A DNA stretch of 64,000 bases, taken from contig OX597816.1 in NCBI GenBank assembly GCA_951406725.2, positions 53,382,001 through 53,446,000 of the forward strand. Direction: 5' to 3'. Below, piece after piece: positions 52,527 through 64,000 of this stretch. Below the pieces are notes generated by a model. That model was not told the DNA's origin and ran no database searches. It saw only the letters and a program-made list of their open reading frames with translations. This stretch comes from Octopus vulgaris. Taxonomy: Eukaryota. The translations under genes and the position numbers were made by a program. Positions within the stretch are counted from its first letter, which is position 1; each line of letters opens with the position of its first letter.

Positions 52527-53095
52527 AAGGCAACGAGCTGGTAGAAACGTTAGCACACCGGGCAAAATGCTTAGCGGTATTTCATCTGGCTTTACGTTCT
52601 GAGTTCAAATTCCACTGAGGTCAACTTTGCCTTTCATCCTTTCGGGGTCGATAAATTAAGTACCAGTTGCACACTGGGGTCAATATAATCGACTTAACCT
52701 GTCTGTCTGTCCTTGTTTGTCTCCTCTGTGCTTAGCCCCTTGTGGGTAGTAAAGAAATAGGTATTTCGTCTGCTGCTACGTTCTGAGTTCAAATTCCACC
52801 GAGGTCAACTTTGCCTTTCATCCTTTTGGGGTCGATTAAATAAGTACCAATTACACACTGGGGTCGATATAATCAACTTAATCCATTTGCTTGTCCTCTC
52901 TGTGTTTAACCCCTTGTGGGTAGTAAAGAAATAGGTATTTCATCTGTCTTTACGTTCTGAGTTTAAATTCTGCCGAGGTCGACTTTGCCTTTCATCCTTT
53001 CGGGGTTGATAAATTAAGTACCAGTTGCATATTGGGGTCGATCTAATCGACTGGCCACCGCCCAAAAAAATTTCAGGCCTTGTGCCTTGAGTAGA
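52527..53095 (+). mobile_element. SINE family B with three tandem units
   Basis: Units start at about 52577, 52761 and 52935. Confidence 0.88.
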
Positions 53096-53693
53096 AAAGG
53101 ATGGATGGATGGATGGAGGAAAGGAGGGAGGGATGGATGGACCAATGGATGAGTAGATAGAGAGACAAACAGACAGATGAAGAGATAGATAAACAGACAG
53201 TTCTATAGAGAGACAAACAGACAGATGAAGAGATAGATAAACAGACAGTTCTATAGAGAGACAGACAGACAAACAGACACACAGCTAGGTAGACAGATGG
53301 ATAGATAGACGGACAGATAAATAGATAGATAGATTTTTACCAGTCTACATCAAAGAATTATTACTTATGGAAGAAATGAACAGTTTAAACATCTATCAAA
53401 TATTCAATGTTTTATTTTCCCTTCCTAAGCAACAAAAGACTGCACTTTTAGCTTCAGAAGTTATATGAGACTGTTATACATAATTGATGTTTTATATTGG
53501 GAATAACTGAAGATTTGTGAAGAAAAGCACATAGATAGAGCAGAGATTCTGAAGCAATTAGTGATAAGGGGTATGGAATACTCAACCACTTCAATATGTT
53601 GATTCAAAGTAGTTCAAATAAATGAATATTCGTTGTTGAAATTTGACAGAGGACCCATTTTAATTCAATGTAATAGAGAAAATGCAACAGACA

Positions 53694-54068
53694 TAGGTGT
53701 AGTTGTGTGGTAAGAAGCTTGCTTACGAACCACATGGTTCTGGGTTCAGTCCCACTGTGTGGCACCCTGGGCAAGTAGTGTCTTCTACTATAGCCTCAGG
53801 CTAACAAAAGCCTTGTGAGTGGATTTGGTAGATGGAAATTGAGAGAAGCGCGCGCACGTGTGTGTGTGTGGGTGTGTGTGTACGCATGTGTATGTGTGTG
53901 TGCATGTGTCTTTGTGTGTGTCTCCGCCCCTACTTGGCAACTGGTGGTGGTTTGTTTACATAACTTAGCAGTTCAGCAAAAGAGACTGACAGCATAAGTA
54001 CCAGGTTTTAAAATAAATAAATAAATTCATTCATTAATACTGAGGTTGATTTGTTCAACTAAAATTCT
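53694..54068 (+). mobile_element. SINE family A, interrupted near its tail by a TTAA MITE
   Basis: Head and body match family A; the tail resumes at 54298. Confidence 0.8.
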
Positions 54069-54072
54069 TTAA

Positions 54073-54293
54073 CCCTTTAGCATTTAAACCGGCCATATCT
54101 GGCCAAAAGTATTCTACTTGTTGTATGTTCAGACTGGCCAGATCTGGTCTCTCACACCTACTCTACAATATCGTTCTAAAAATTAACAGCTACCTCATCA
54201 AAATCTCATAGCACCAAGATAATGCCTGATTAGTTCAAGGCAATGTGGATAAAAAAGGATTAATGTTGGCAGAATAATGCAAACACTAAAGGG
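54073..54293. mobile_element. piggyBac-type MITE with TTAA TSD
   Basis: TTAA|ccctttagcattt ... aaacactaaaggg|TTAA. Confidence 0.82.
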
Positions 54294-56607
54294 TTAAGGT
54301 GATGCCCCAACATGGCCACAGTTTAATGACTAAAACAAAGAAAAAAAGAGATAATGTTGTTTACAGCTAGCTCTCTGAAATTAATCCTGAAACCAAAATC
54401 TCACAAAAACTTCCAATATTTTCTTTTACTAATTTACAACCATACTTTTATATGCTTGGTTTCATTTTTATTTTTGTTACAAATATTGTTGGAGCAAGTG
54501 TTTTTACAACAAGATGGCCTGCTTAGAACTAACCACTTAATGATGAAATGGAGTTGCCACTTATTTTCAAACTAAGTAGACTGAAATAAACAAGGTATGG
54601 TGAATGGCCAAAAGAAACATATATATACAGCAGAGATTAGCAAGTGTTTTGTTTGTTTATCTAAAGTCACTTTCGATTATTTAACATCCTACTCGAAACG
54701 AGGCAAAATTTTCATTTGTAAATATTGTTGTTGTTTGTTCTTGGTTAGCCACCAGCTTAGATTCTGATTACTCTTTTACTTGTTTCAGTCATTTGACTGC
54801 GGCCATGCTGGAGCACTGCCTTTAGTCGAGCAAATCGACCCCAGGACTTATTCTTTGGAAGCCTTGTACTTATTCTATTGGTCTCTTTTGCCGAATTGAT
54901 GTTACTCAAAGGGGTATGGAACCAGCATGATGTGGTGAGGGTAAACCAGCTTACGCCGTCAGGTCCCACTGCTGATATCAGGGGTAGCATTCTATGCCTT
55001 GACCCAGGAATAGGACAGAGCTTGCCTCTTTGAGCTGGGAAATGAATGGAATGCTTAGGGTCTTGTTGTGGCTACCCGCTACTAAATAAAATGGGGAATA
55101 GGCCTGGGTATATATAAAAAAAATTGTTTCAGTCATTTGACTACAGTCATGTTGGATCACCACCTTAAAGCGTCCTAATTGAAGAAATCAACCCCAGGAC
55201 TTATTCTTTGTAAGTCTAGTACTTATTCTAACCGTATCTTTTGCCAAACTACTAAGTTACAAGGATGTAAACACACCAACATCAGTTGTCAACTGATGGT
55301 GGGGGCACAAACACAGACACAAAGACACACACACATAACCATATACATACATATACAACAGGCTTCTTTCAGTTTCCGTCTACCAAATCATCCACTCACA
55401 ATGATAATCAATGAAACTCCAAGACATATTTCAGTATTACTAGACCTCATAAGGGAAGCATAGTTTAACCATGACTATTAGATTTACTAGAGAGAGAGAA
55501 TATACAAGATATTTATGAATGAATATAGAGTATGCTGTAGTCTATGTGATAAAACTTGCCATAAAAGAAACTATTGAAGAAAACTGAAATGCAAAAATAA
55601 ATTGAAAAGCTCCAAGAAAGTAAATTTTGTCAATAGAACATATAACAGTCTTTATTTTCCATGGTTTCTAAAAATAAAAAGTTGATCAAAATTATTAAAC
55701 AATTTTTTTTTCTTTCGAACAGAGAATTAATTAAAACATGTTGCCATTCTTCCTTGAATTAAATCTTCTTTTCAATTGTATTCTCCCTCATCTCTTATCA
55801 AAAAAACAGCTAGTGTCTATTGTTGTTGCTGTTGTTTCCATTGTTCTTCTTGTTGTTTTGGGAGAAATCATAGCAAGAGATCTATAAAGTTACAGAGAAC
55901 AATGAACATACTGTTACACTGTAGAATGGGTACTGATAAGTGGACTCTGTTATGTGTTTGGTTAAACCAACTTAGCACTAAACAGCAGGATGTATAGAGC
56001 AGACAGAATCAAATTTACAATATGGCTGAGGGAAATTGTTTCAGAGGAATATTCATCATCATCATCATCAGCAGCAGCAGCATGTGCCGTTCAAGAATTT
56101 GGACCTGGAGATCTCCATTTCCAGCGACTTCGAGGGCCACTTCCCAGTGGTGTTGGGCGTCAATGAAGAGCCCTCGACTACAACAAGACGACCAAAGTTT
56201 TTTTTTTCCCAAGGTCTGAGGTCTCCCGCCCCTAAGCCCTAGACCATCACCTAATCACCCTTACCCATCTTGATGCTTAACAACAACAACAACAGCAGCA
56301 GGGTAGCATTTAATGTCAAATTTTCCATGCTTGCATGGGTCAGATGGAATATGTTAAGGTAGATTTTCTAGGGTCGGATGCTCTTCCAGTCATGTAACCC
56401 TCACCTGTTTCCAGGCAAAATAACATTTTCTCATGACCAGATATGGTTTTTACAGAAAATTGCACATGAACAACACCTCTTGTATGACAGTGATGCTCAT
56501 TTACAACTATCACAAGATAAGGGTAGGCACAAAGACATTCAGACACATACAGCACAAGCTTCTCAACTACATAGGCATTACTTTTTCTCCTCTAAATGAC
56601 TAACTAT

Positions 56608-56917
56608 TTATTTTATGCGCCCTTTTCAAACCTAGCCAGACTCATGGGCCTGGTTTCCCGGTTTCTATGGTGTATGTGTTACCCCCAGCTGGATGGGACG
56701 CCAGTCCATCGCAGCATTACTCAAGAAACAGGAAGAAAGAGTAAGAGAAAGTTGGGGTGGAAGAGTACAACAGGGTTCGCCACCACCCCCTGCCGGAGCC
56801 TCATGGAGCTTTAGGTGTTTTTGCTCAATAAACACACACAACACCCGGTCTGGGAATCGAAACTGCAATCCTCCGACCACAAGTCCACTGCCCTAACCAT
56901 TGAGCCATTGCACCTCC
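56608..56917 (-). mobile_element. SINE family D, full length
   Basis: Reverse complement of the head at 1217; aaatgactaa repeated on both flanks. Confidence 0.82.
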
Positions 56918-57587
56918 ACAAATGACTAAATGACTAACAAAATCTTTTTTTTTTAAAAAAAAAGAAGCTTTTAGTAAAATGAATTTATTTAATGGCTATG
57001 ATTCTTTGCAAACCTCCAAAATTTATGGGAGGAAGAGAGAAAGCTGCAAGCATTCAAACCTTATCTGACAGAAAATCTGACCTGAATACTTGCTAAAGAG
57101 TGAAGTCCAGTAAAAACACTTGGAGGCCAAGCGATGGCATTAAGCCAAGTGACGGACTAAGTCTTCTCCCAACAAACAGAAACAGTCCCTCTGATACGCT
57201 TTCACACAATTTCCATAAGTTACATTTCACTTAGAAGGCTTTGGGCCAAGCAAGATGCCTAAGTGCAGCACAGCACAATTGATTCCAAAACCGTGTGATC
57301 ATGAAGTGAACTTCCTGCACACACAGCCATTATCAATATTTTAATATCTTCTATCTAAAGCTGACATTCATTGAACAGGTTAATTAAAATAACATGTTTA
57401 ACTCTTTAGCATTCTTTAGCAGTCAAATATAATACTTACTTATTCACCTTGTTTTAGATTAATCATGCCTTATTTCATAGCTCTGAGATTTTGATGATGT
57501 GATTGTTTAGCTTTTAGAATGACATTATAGGCTAGGTGTGAAAGACTGGATTTGGCTGGTCTGAATATAAAACATGTAGAATATTGT

Positions 57588-57880
57588 TCCTTCTCGAGCC
57601 AAGCCTGGCTCATAGGGCTGGTTTCCTGGTTTCCTTGGTATATAGGTTCATCACCTGAACGGGACGCTGATCTGTCGCAGGTGAGCTGCAAGATACAGGA
57701 GGAAAGAGGGAGAGAAAGTTGTGGCGAAAGAGTCAGCAGAAGTTCGCCATTACCTTCTGCCGGAGCTGCATGGAGCTTAGGTGTTTCCCTCATAAACACA
57801 CACATCGCCTGGTCTGAGATTCGAACCCGCGATCCCTCGACCGCGAGTCCGCTGCTCTAACCACTAGGCCATGTGTCTCC
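57588..57880 (-). mobile_element. SINE family D-related, nested in a TTAA MITE (57399-57930)
   Basis: gattcgaaccc B-box (reverse complement); gtagaatatt duplicated on both flanks. Confidence 0.8.
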
Positions 57881-58369
57881 ACGTAGAATATTTTGGCTGG
57901 ATATGGTTGGTTTAAATGCTAAAGGGTTAAAGTTATTTTAATTAAAACCATCCAACATTTATACCAATTTGCATGTGAAACACCAATTTAATTATGACAA
58001 AGTTATTTTACTGAATTCTTCATTTTCAAAATTGATGAAGACAAATGCGGGGTATTTCAATAGAAAAATAATAACAAAAGGGTTAAAATAGAGTGTGTAG
58101 TCAACTTGATAGAAATAGTCAAACATTTCTGTTTCTGAGTGGAAGTGAAAGTAATTAGTGCAAGAATTGGAAGAGAAAATGGTAACGTAGTCACTAAGTG
58201 TGAACAAGATGAAAGAAATTCAAAAGCGTTAAGTGGATAGACAACATAAGGATATATCTTTGTAAGAAAAGCATATTATGGTAAAGTGAGGTGGATTGTT
58301 GCTTTTAGCTATCACCAACTCATATTTTATTCAGTTTCCTGCACCAGTTTCACATAGCAGCCCCAGCCC

Positions 58370-58759
58370 ATCCAAAGTACCTTGGATCGCAGAACGGCCT
58401 GCTGTGCTTACCTTGGATCGTACGGCAACCTGCTGTGCTTGAGGAGACCTATTAACTCAAGTACATCAACATCAAAATAAAAAATCAAATGGAAATTGTA
58501 GTTGTGATACCTGTGCCGGTGGCACGTAAAAAGCACCAACCAATCATGGCAGCTGCCAGCCTCACCTGGCACCCGTGCCGGTGGCATGTAAAAAGCACCC
58601 ACTACACTCACAGAGTGATTGATGTTAGGAAGGGCATCCAGCTGTAGAAACACTGCCAGATCAGACTGGAGCCTTGTGCAGCCTCCTGGCTTCCCAGACC
58701 CCGGTCGAACTGTCCAACCCATGCTAGTATGGAAAACGGACGTTAAACGATGATGATGA
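58370..58759 (+). mobile_element. Family C retroposon
   Basis: Homologous to 14440-14682 and 63575-63942. Confidence 0.85.
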
Positions 58760-58767
58760 TACTAGAT

Positions 58768-58957
58768 CAGGGTTTCCCAACCAGTGAGGGGTGAGATAGC
58801 ATTCCAGAAGGTGCAAGCAGGACCAGGTTTATAGGGGTTCAAAGAGAGCAATTGCTCCAGGCACCTTTATTCTTATATAAACTATTACTTTAAGGGGTGC
58901 AAGAACATATTAAAAGTGTTTAGGAGTGTGGGGCATAAAAACGGTCAAGAACCACTG
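58768..58957. mobile_element. hAT (Charlie-like) MITE with perfect 8-bp TSD
   Basis: tactagat|cagggtttcccaacc ... ggtcaagaaccactg|tactagat. Confidence 0.85.
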
Positions 58958-59389
58958 TACTAGATATACTATTTTACTTGTTTCACTCATGGGGCTGTGG
59001 CCATGCTAGGATACCACCTTAAAGAATTTACATGATTAAATCAATCCCAATTCTTGTTTCTATCTAATACTTATTCTGTCAATTGTTTTTTGCCAAACCA
59101 CTATGTTATGAGGATATAAACAAACCAACACCAGCTATCATGCAGTGAGAGACAAACATACACTTGTACACACATACCTATATATGATATATACTTAGGT
59201 ATAATATATATACAATATATATAATCATCACTGTCAACATCATCATCATCATCATTTAACAACTCTCTCGCTTTTTCTATCTCCCTCTCTCTCTCCCTCT
59301 CTCTAATAAATATATATATATGTATATATATATGTATATATATATACATTTGCTTGCTAAAAAGTGGATGTGAAATGATGACTTTATAC

Positions 59390-59412
<23 letters not shown>

Positions 59413-59422
<10 letters not shown>

Positions 59423-60214
59423 AAACTCAACTTGTGTGTCTGTGTGTTTAACTTCCTGGCACATTTCTTCCAAGCCAACAAATCGTAGAACCACCAAAAA
59501 TGGGTCACTTAAAGTTTAGGTGAATGAAAATTGAACTGCGCTATTTCTGTTCTGAAATTCATCTCGCAAGTGCAAAAATTGATAATGTATTTGTTTAGGC
59601 TTTATCCCATACATTGAATAGTGAACTTTACTCAGTCAGCTGTTTGACGTGAACTGTGTTCACCACACATTCAAGCATGTGTAAATTGCATGAAAAATAA
59701 AAAATCAAGATATAAAAATGAATCGCCGCAAACATTGTAGAAATTCGGCAAAGAAATGAATTTTTGGGATGTAGCATGGAGGGTTTTTTCGTATTAATCG
59801 TTTGGACTTTGTGAACACATACCAATTGTTTTCATAACATTTTTAACGCTTTGAACTAAATGTGACCATTTTGCATTGAGTCTGCAGTTTGAATCACTTT
59901 AACCAAGTTTTAGCTGGCCGGATTTTTGATCATCACGATACATCGCCAGCGACTCCCTAAAACTCTCTCCTGAAATCCCCGTTGAGAAATACTGATCTAA
60001 AAGAATAATTCAAGAATGCAATTATTTGATCAACAAAAATTTATGAAACGCTTCTACGTACTTCCTACTGAGGAAATGGAACACATAAGCGCAAAAATAG
60101 AGGGCATTAAATGCTTGATTTTAAAACCAAAATAATTGAATTTTGATTGAACTTCATCCAAGTTTAGCTTAATTCGCGCGTGCATAGAACGCACGAGCTG
60201 GGCAATACTGCTAG
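59413..60214 (+). mobile_element. Non-autonomous Helitron
   Basis: 5' tatatataaaactc+(tg)n; 3' hairpin cgtgc...gcacg followed by CTAG|T terminus; CpG-richer than the flanks. Confidence 0.7.
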
Positions 60215-60766
60215 TATAAATATATATTTAAAATTTATTTTTTGAAACAGTTGATCTTGCAGTGCATATAACTATAAATAATAATATGCAAATATTACAG
60301 TGCAAAACCCTTTTCAATATGTATATTTATGTGGGTGTGTGTATGTTTGTACTTTCTTGTCTTGATGTCACATAATTGTAGTAGATGTATGTCAATATTC
60401 TTCAAAAACATGCCTGGCTATGAAGAAATATTAACTAGCTTGGAAACAGGGGAGGGTTGGCAACAAGGAAGACCTCCAGCCATAGAAAATCTACCTCACA
60501 GAACTCTGTCCAACCCATATAAACATGGAAAAATGGACATTAAAGTGATAATGATGATTCTATTCAGTGATCTAACAACTCTGCCATTATGTTAATTTAT
60601 GTTAATCTATGTTAATTTATGAAAAAGTTTGCATATCCAAATGCAAATGACTTACTTGGCATCAACAGGATTGGCTAATGTTTACAGAATATTTTGGAAT
60701 TATACAGTTATGGAAAAGCAATGTGAATGTGAGATATAAAGTGGATAAATAATGATGAGACCATAC

Positions 60767-60828
60767 TAGAAGATATCTCTGGTGGTATCAGACCATAGAA
60801 AGCTTGACAGGAAATTGCTAGATCATAT
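60767..60828 (-). CDS. Candidate 62-nt exon (YDLAISCQAFYGLIPPEISS), possibly followed by a 19-nt microexon at 60656-60674
   Basis: Acceptor atgttctcag, donor ta|gtatgg; the microexon has donor aa|gtaagt and a compatible phase. Confidence 0.25.
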
Positions 60829-61053
60829 CTGAGAACATTGGATCTCATTGATGAAAAGAGTGTAAGAATGAATCATGTTGTAAGATGATGTAGTGCACAC
60901 TCATCTGTCTTATGAGGAAAAATAGAAAAAGAAGCAAATATCAAAAACATGATAATCTCTTAAAATTAGAACAGAAACAGATAATCCTCTTTCATCATTT
61001 CTATGTGACAAATATGTGCATGTGCATGTGTGTATACACACACACACAAATGC

Positions 61054-61143
<90 letters not shown>

Positions 61144-61363
61144 AAGGAATTCCAACTCTGTTTTTTATGTTTTATTTATATTCTTTATAATATTAAAGTA
61201 GAATATAGAATATATAGCAGAAATAGTATATATAGTAAAATGAAATGAAGTATTGATTGTCTTATTGAATAGATGAAATATTGAATATCAAATATTAAGG
61301 GACAAGTATACTTTCTTGCATTAAAGCAGTCTTCAAGGTCCCAAGTTTTGACAGGAGTGTTTC

Positions 61364-61428
<65 letters not shown>

Positions 61429-61537
61429 AATATAAATATGCATGTGTGTGTATATATATAAACACATACACATGTATACATAGACATACACACACACACA
61501 CACACATGATGATGATAATGCATGTGTGTGTGTGTGT

Positions 61538-62290
61538 TATGAGGTGGTATCAAAAAGTTCCCGAATTAGTTCTGTAGCATGCCAACAGATGGCAACATAC
61601 ACAGTTGCATGTGCAGTGAGAGCTAGCAGTAACCTTCATGAAGCAGAGTGCTGAGTGGACACTGCTCTGTTTACTTTACAGGTTGGGAAATTTGTATTTT
61701 TATGATGACCTGAATGTGGTAGTCTGCAATTTGGTAATGGACAGGAACAAAGAGCCAATGTGAAATTTTGCACTGAACTTAGGAAGGCTGCTACAGAGAC
61801 ATTGAGCATGCTTTGGCAAGCTAATGGCAATGAGGCAACTGGTCATATACAATGTTTCAAGTGGCACAGGTACTTCGAAAGCAGAAGCACATCCCTGGAA
61901 AATGATGAGCAATCTCGAAGACCTGCCACAAGCATCAACACCAGAAATATGGATCTGTGGAATATGAAGAATTGAATTCTTCACAACAATAATGCACCCT
62001 GTCACAGACTTCTCCTCACTCGAGAGTTTCTCACCAAAAACAACATAATATCACTTTTGCATCTGTCCTATTTGCCAGATTGAAAACCTGCAGACTTCCA
62101 TTTCTTCTCCAAGATGAAAATACAGCTCAAAGGTCACTGTTTTAAAACTGGTGTTGAGATCCAGAGTGAATTGCAGAAGGTCCTCAAGTCACTTACAGAA
62201 AACAGCTTGCAGACCAGATTCTAAAAGTGACACAAACGTTGGGACTGGTGTATTGATGCGCAAGGTGACTATTTCAAAAGAGATGATTTT
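61538..62290 (+). mobile_element. Decayed, internally deleted Mariner transposon
   Basis: EQRANVKFC...AATETLSML...FKWHRYF...LENDEQSRRPATS then LHNNNAPCH...PADFHFFSKMK...RWDWCIDAQGDYF. Confidence 0.85.
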
Positions 62291-62322
62291 AAAATTTTTA
62301 TTAAAAAACTTTTATCAAACAT

Positions 62323-62488
62323 AGGCGTAGGAGTGGCTGTGTGGTAAGTAGCTTGCTTACCAACCACATGGTTCCAGGTTCAGTCACGCTGCGTGGCACC
62401 TTGGGCAAGTGTTTTCTGCTATAGCCTTGGGCTGACCAAAGCCTTGTGAGTGGATTTGGTAAATGGAAACTGCAAGAAGCCCATCATA

Positions 62489-62535
<47 letters not shown>

Positions 62536-62752
62536 ACATGTTTATGTTTCTGTGTTTGTCCACCCAACATTGCTTGACAACTGATGCTGGTGTGTTTACG
62601 TCCCTGTAACTTAACAGTTCGGTAAAAGAGACCGATAGAATAAGTACTAGGCTTACAAAGAATAAGTTCTGGGGTCGATTTGCTTGACTAAAGGTAGTGC
62701 TCCAGCATGGCTGCAGTCATATGACTGAAACAATTAAAAGAGTAAAAGAGTA
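62323..62752 (+). mobile_element. SINE family A, full length
   Basis: Matches 23003-23404. Confidence 0.92.
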
Positions 62753-63239
62753 AATTTGTATTACATAATTTCATTGGTTTGTTTCTTTCTTTTTGTTATT
62801 GCTTCAGTTTGCCAGTTGGAATATATTCCAATGACGATGATAAAATCTTAGGTTATGCCATTCATATGGATTGGTTGGAATGTTGTAGCACTTAATTCTT
62901 ACTGAACTAGTGCAACAAAAATCAATCTTTTGTGGTAGTAGTAGTAGTGATGGTGGTGGTGGTTGTGGAAGTGGCTACAGTCATGACGGTGGTGATGGCA
63001 TCAGTAGTGAGTGTGGTAGCAGCAGTAGTAATAGCAGCAGCAATAGCAGCAGTGGTGGTAGTGGTAGTGGTGTAGGCAGTGGTGGTGGTGGTGGTGGAAT
63101 AGGGAGGTGTTTTATAAGGGTTTTATATTTCCTTTTTTAATTGATAGGTCAAGCAAAAGGATTTGGTAAAATTATCTTGAAAAAGTATTCAATCATTGCT
63201 TTTAGATTTTTACCTGTAATTGTGATCAATATCATTTTT

Positions 63240-63285
<46 letters not shown>

Positions 63286-63294
63286 TAATAATCC

Positions 63295-63510
63295 CTTCTG
63301 CTATAGGCACAAGGCCTGAAATTTTAGGAGAGTTGGGGTGGGTCATTCAATTACATCACTCCCAGTGCATAACTGGTACTTATTTCATTGACCCTGAAAG
63401 GATAAAAGGCAAAGTCAACCTCAGTGGAATTTGAACTCAGAACATAAAGACAGACAAAACACTGCTAAGCATTTTTCCCGGCATGCTAATGATTCTGTCA
63501 GCTTGCTGTC
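63295..63510 (-). mobile_element. SINE family B with (TAA)n flank
   Basis: Reverse complement of the family B sequence. Confidence 0.8.
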
Positions 63511-63574
63511 TTATAATAATTCTTTCTACTATAGGTTCAAGGTCTGAAATTTTGGGAGAGTGGATTTATCTATT

Positions 63575-63942
63575 GAAATCGAAATCGATCAACATCAATG
63601 GAAATTGCAGCTGTGATGCCAGTGCTGGTGGTACGTAAGAGAACCATCCGAACATGGCTGTTGCCAGCGCCGCCCCGACTGGCCTCATGCCGGTGGCACG
63701 TAAAAAGCACCATCCGATCGTGACCGTTGCCAGCCTCGTCTGGCACGTGTGCCAGTGACACATAAAAAGCACCCACTACACTCAAGGAGTGGTTGGCGTT
63801 AGGAAGGGCATCCAGCCGTAGAAACATTGCCAGATCAAACTGGACCTGGTGCAGCCTTCTGGCTTCCCAGACCCCAGTTGAACCGTCCAACCCATGCTAG
63901 CATGGAAAGCGGATGCTAAACGATGATGATGATAATGATGAT
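63575..63942 (+). mobile_element. Family C retroposon
   Basis: ggaagggcatccagc core, (GAT)n tail. Confidence 0.85.
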
Positions 63943-64000
63943 GAGTGACCATAGAGCTTAACTGGTGCCTATTTTATTGACATGGTGTTTACAAATTTTC

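Overview
AT-rich, repeat-dense eukaryotic DNA with abundant microsatellites, several tRNA-derived and RTE-related SINE families, and decayed Mariner/Tc1, pogo, hAT, piggyBac-type, Helitron/Helentron, RTE, R4/Dong and Penelope-like element (PLE) remnants. The repeat landscape resembles an Octopus-type cephalopod genome (inference). There is no long intact ORF, and most ORF-track entries are translated microsatellites or SINEs. A few short minus-strand segments with good splice signals may be exons of one large-intron gene that I cannot name. The most notable signal is a set of at least five PLE-type minimal type I hammerhead ribozyme motifs (about 22.1, 33.0, 33.3, 33.5 and 35.8 kb). Several lie in short non-coding inserts within (TA)n/(CAT)n microsatellites that carry near-perfect fold-back duplications, and a decayed PLE reverse transcriptase fragment lies at 45.7-46.6 kb. 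Repeat family names A-E are my own labels, and repeat boundaries are approximate unless a TSD or TIR is cited.
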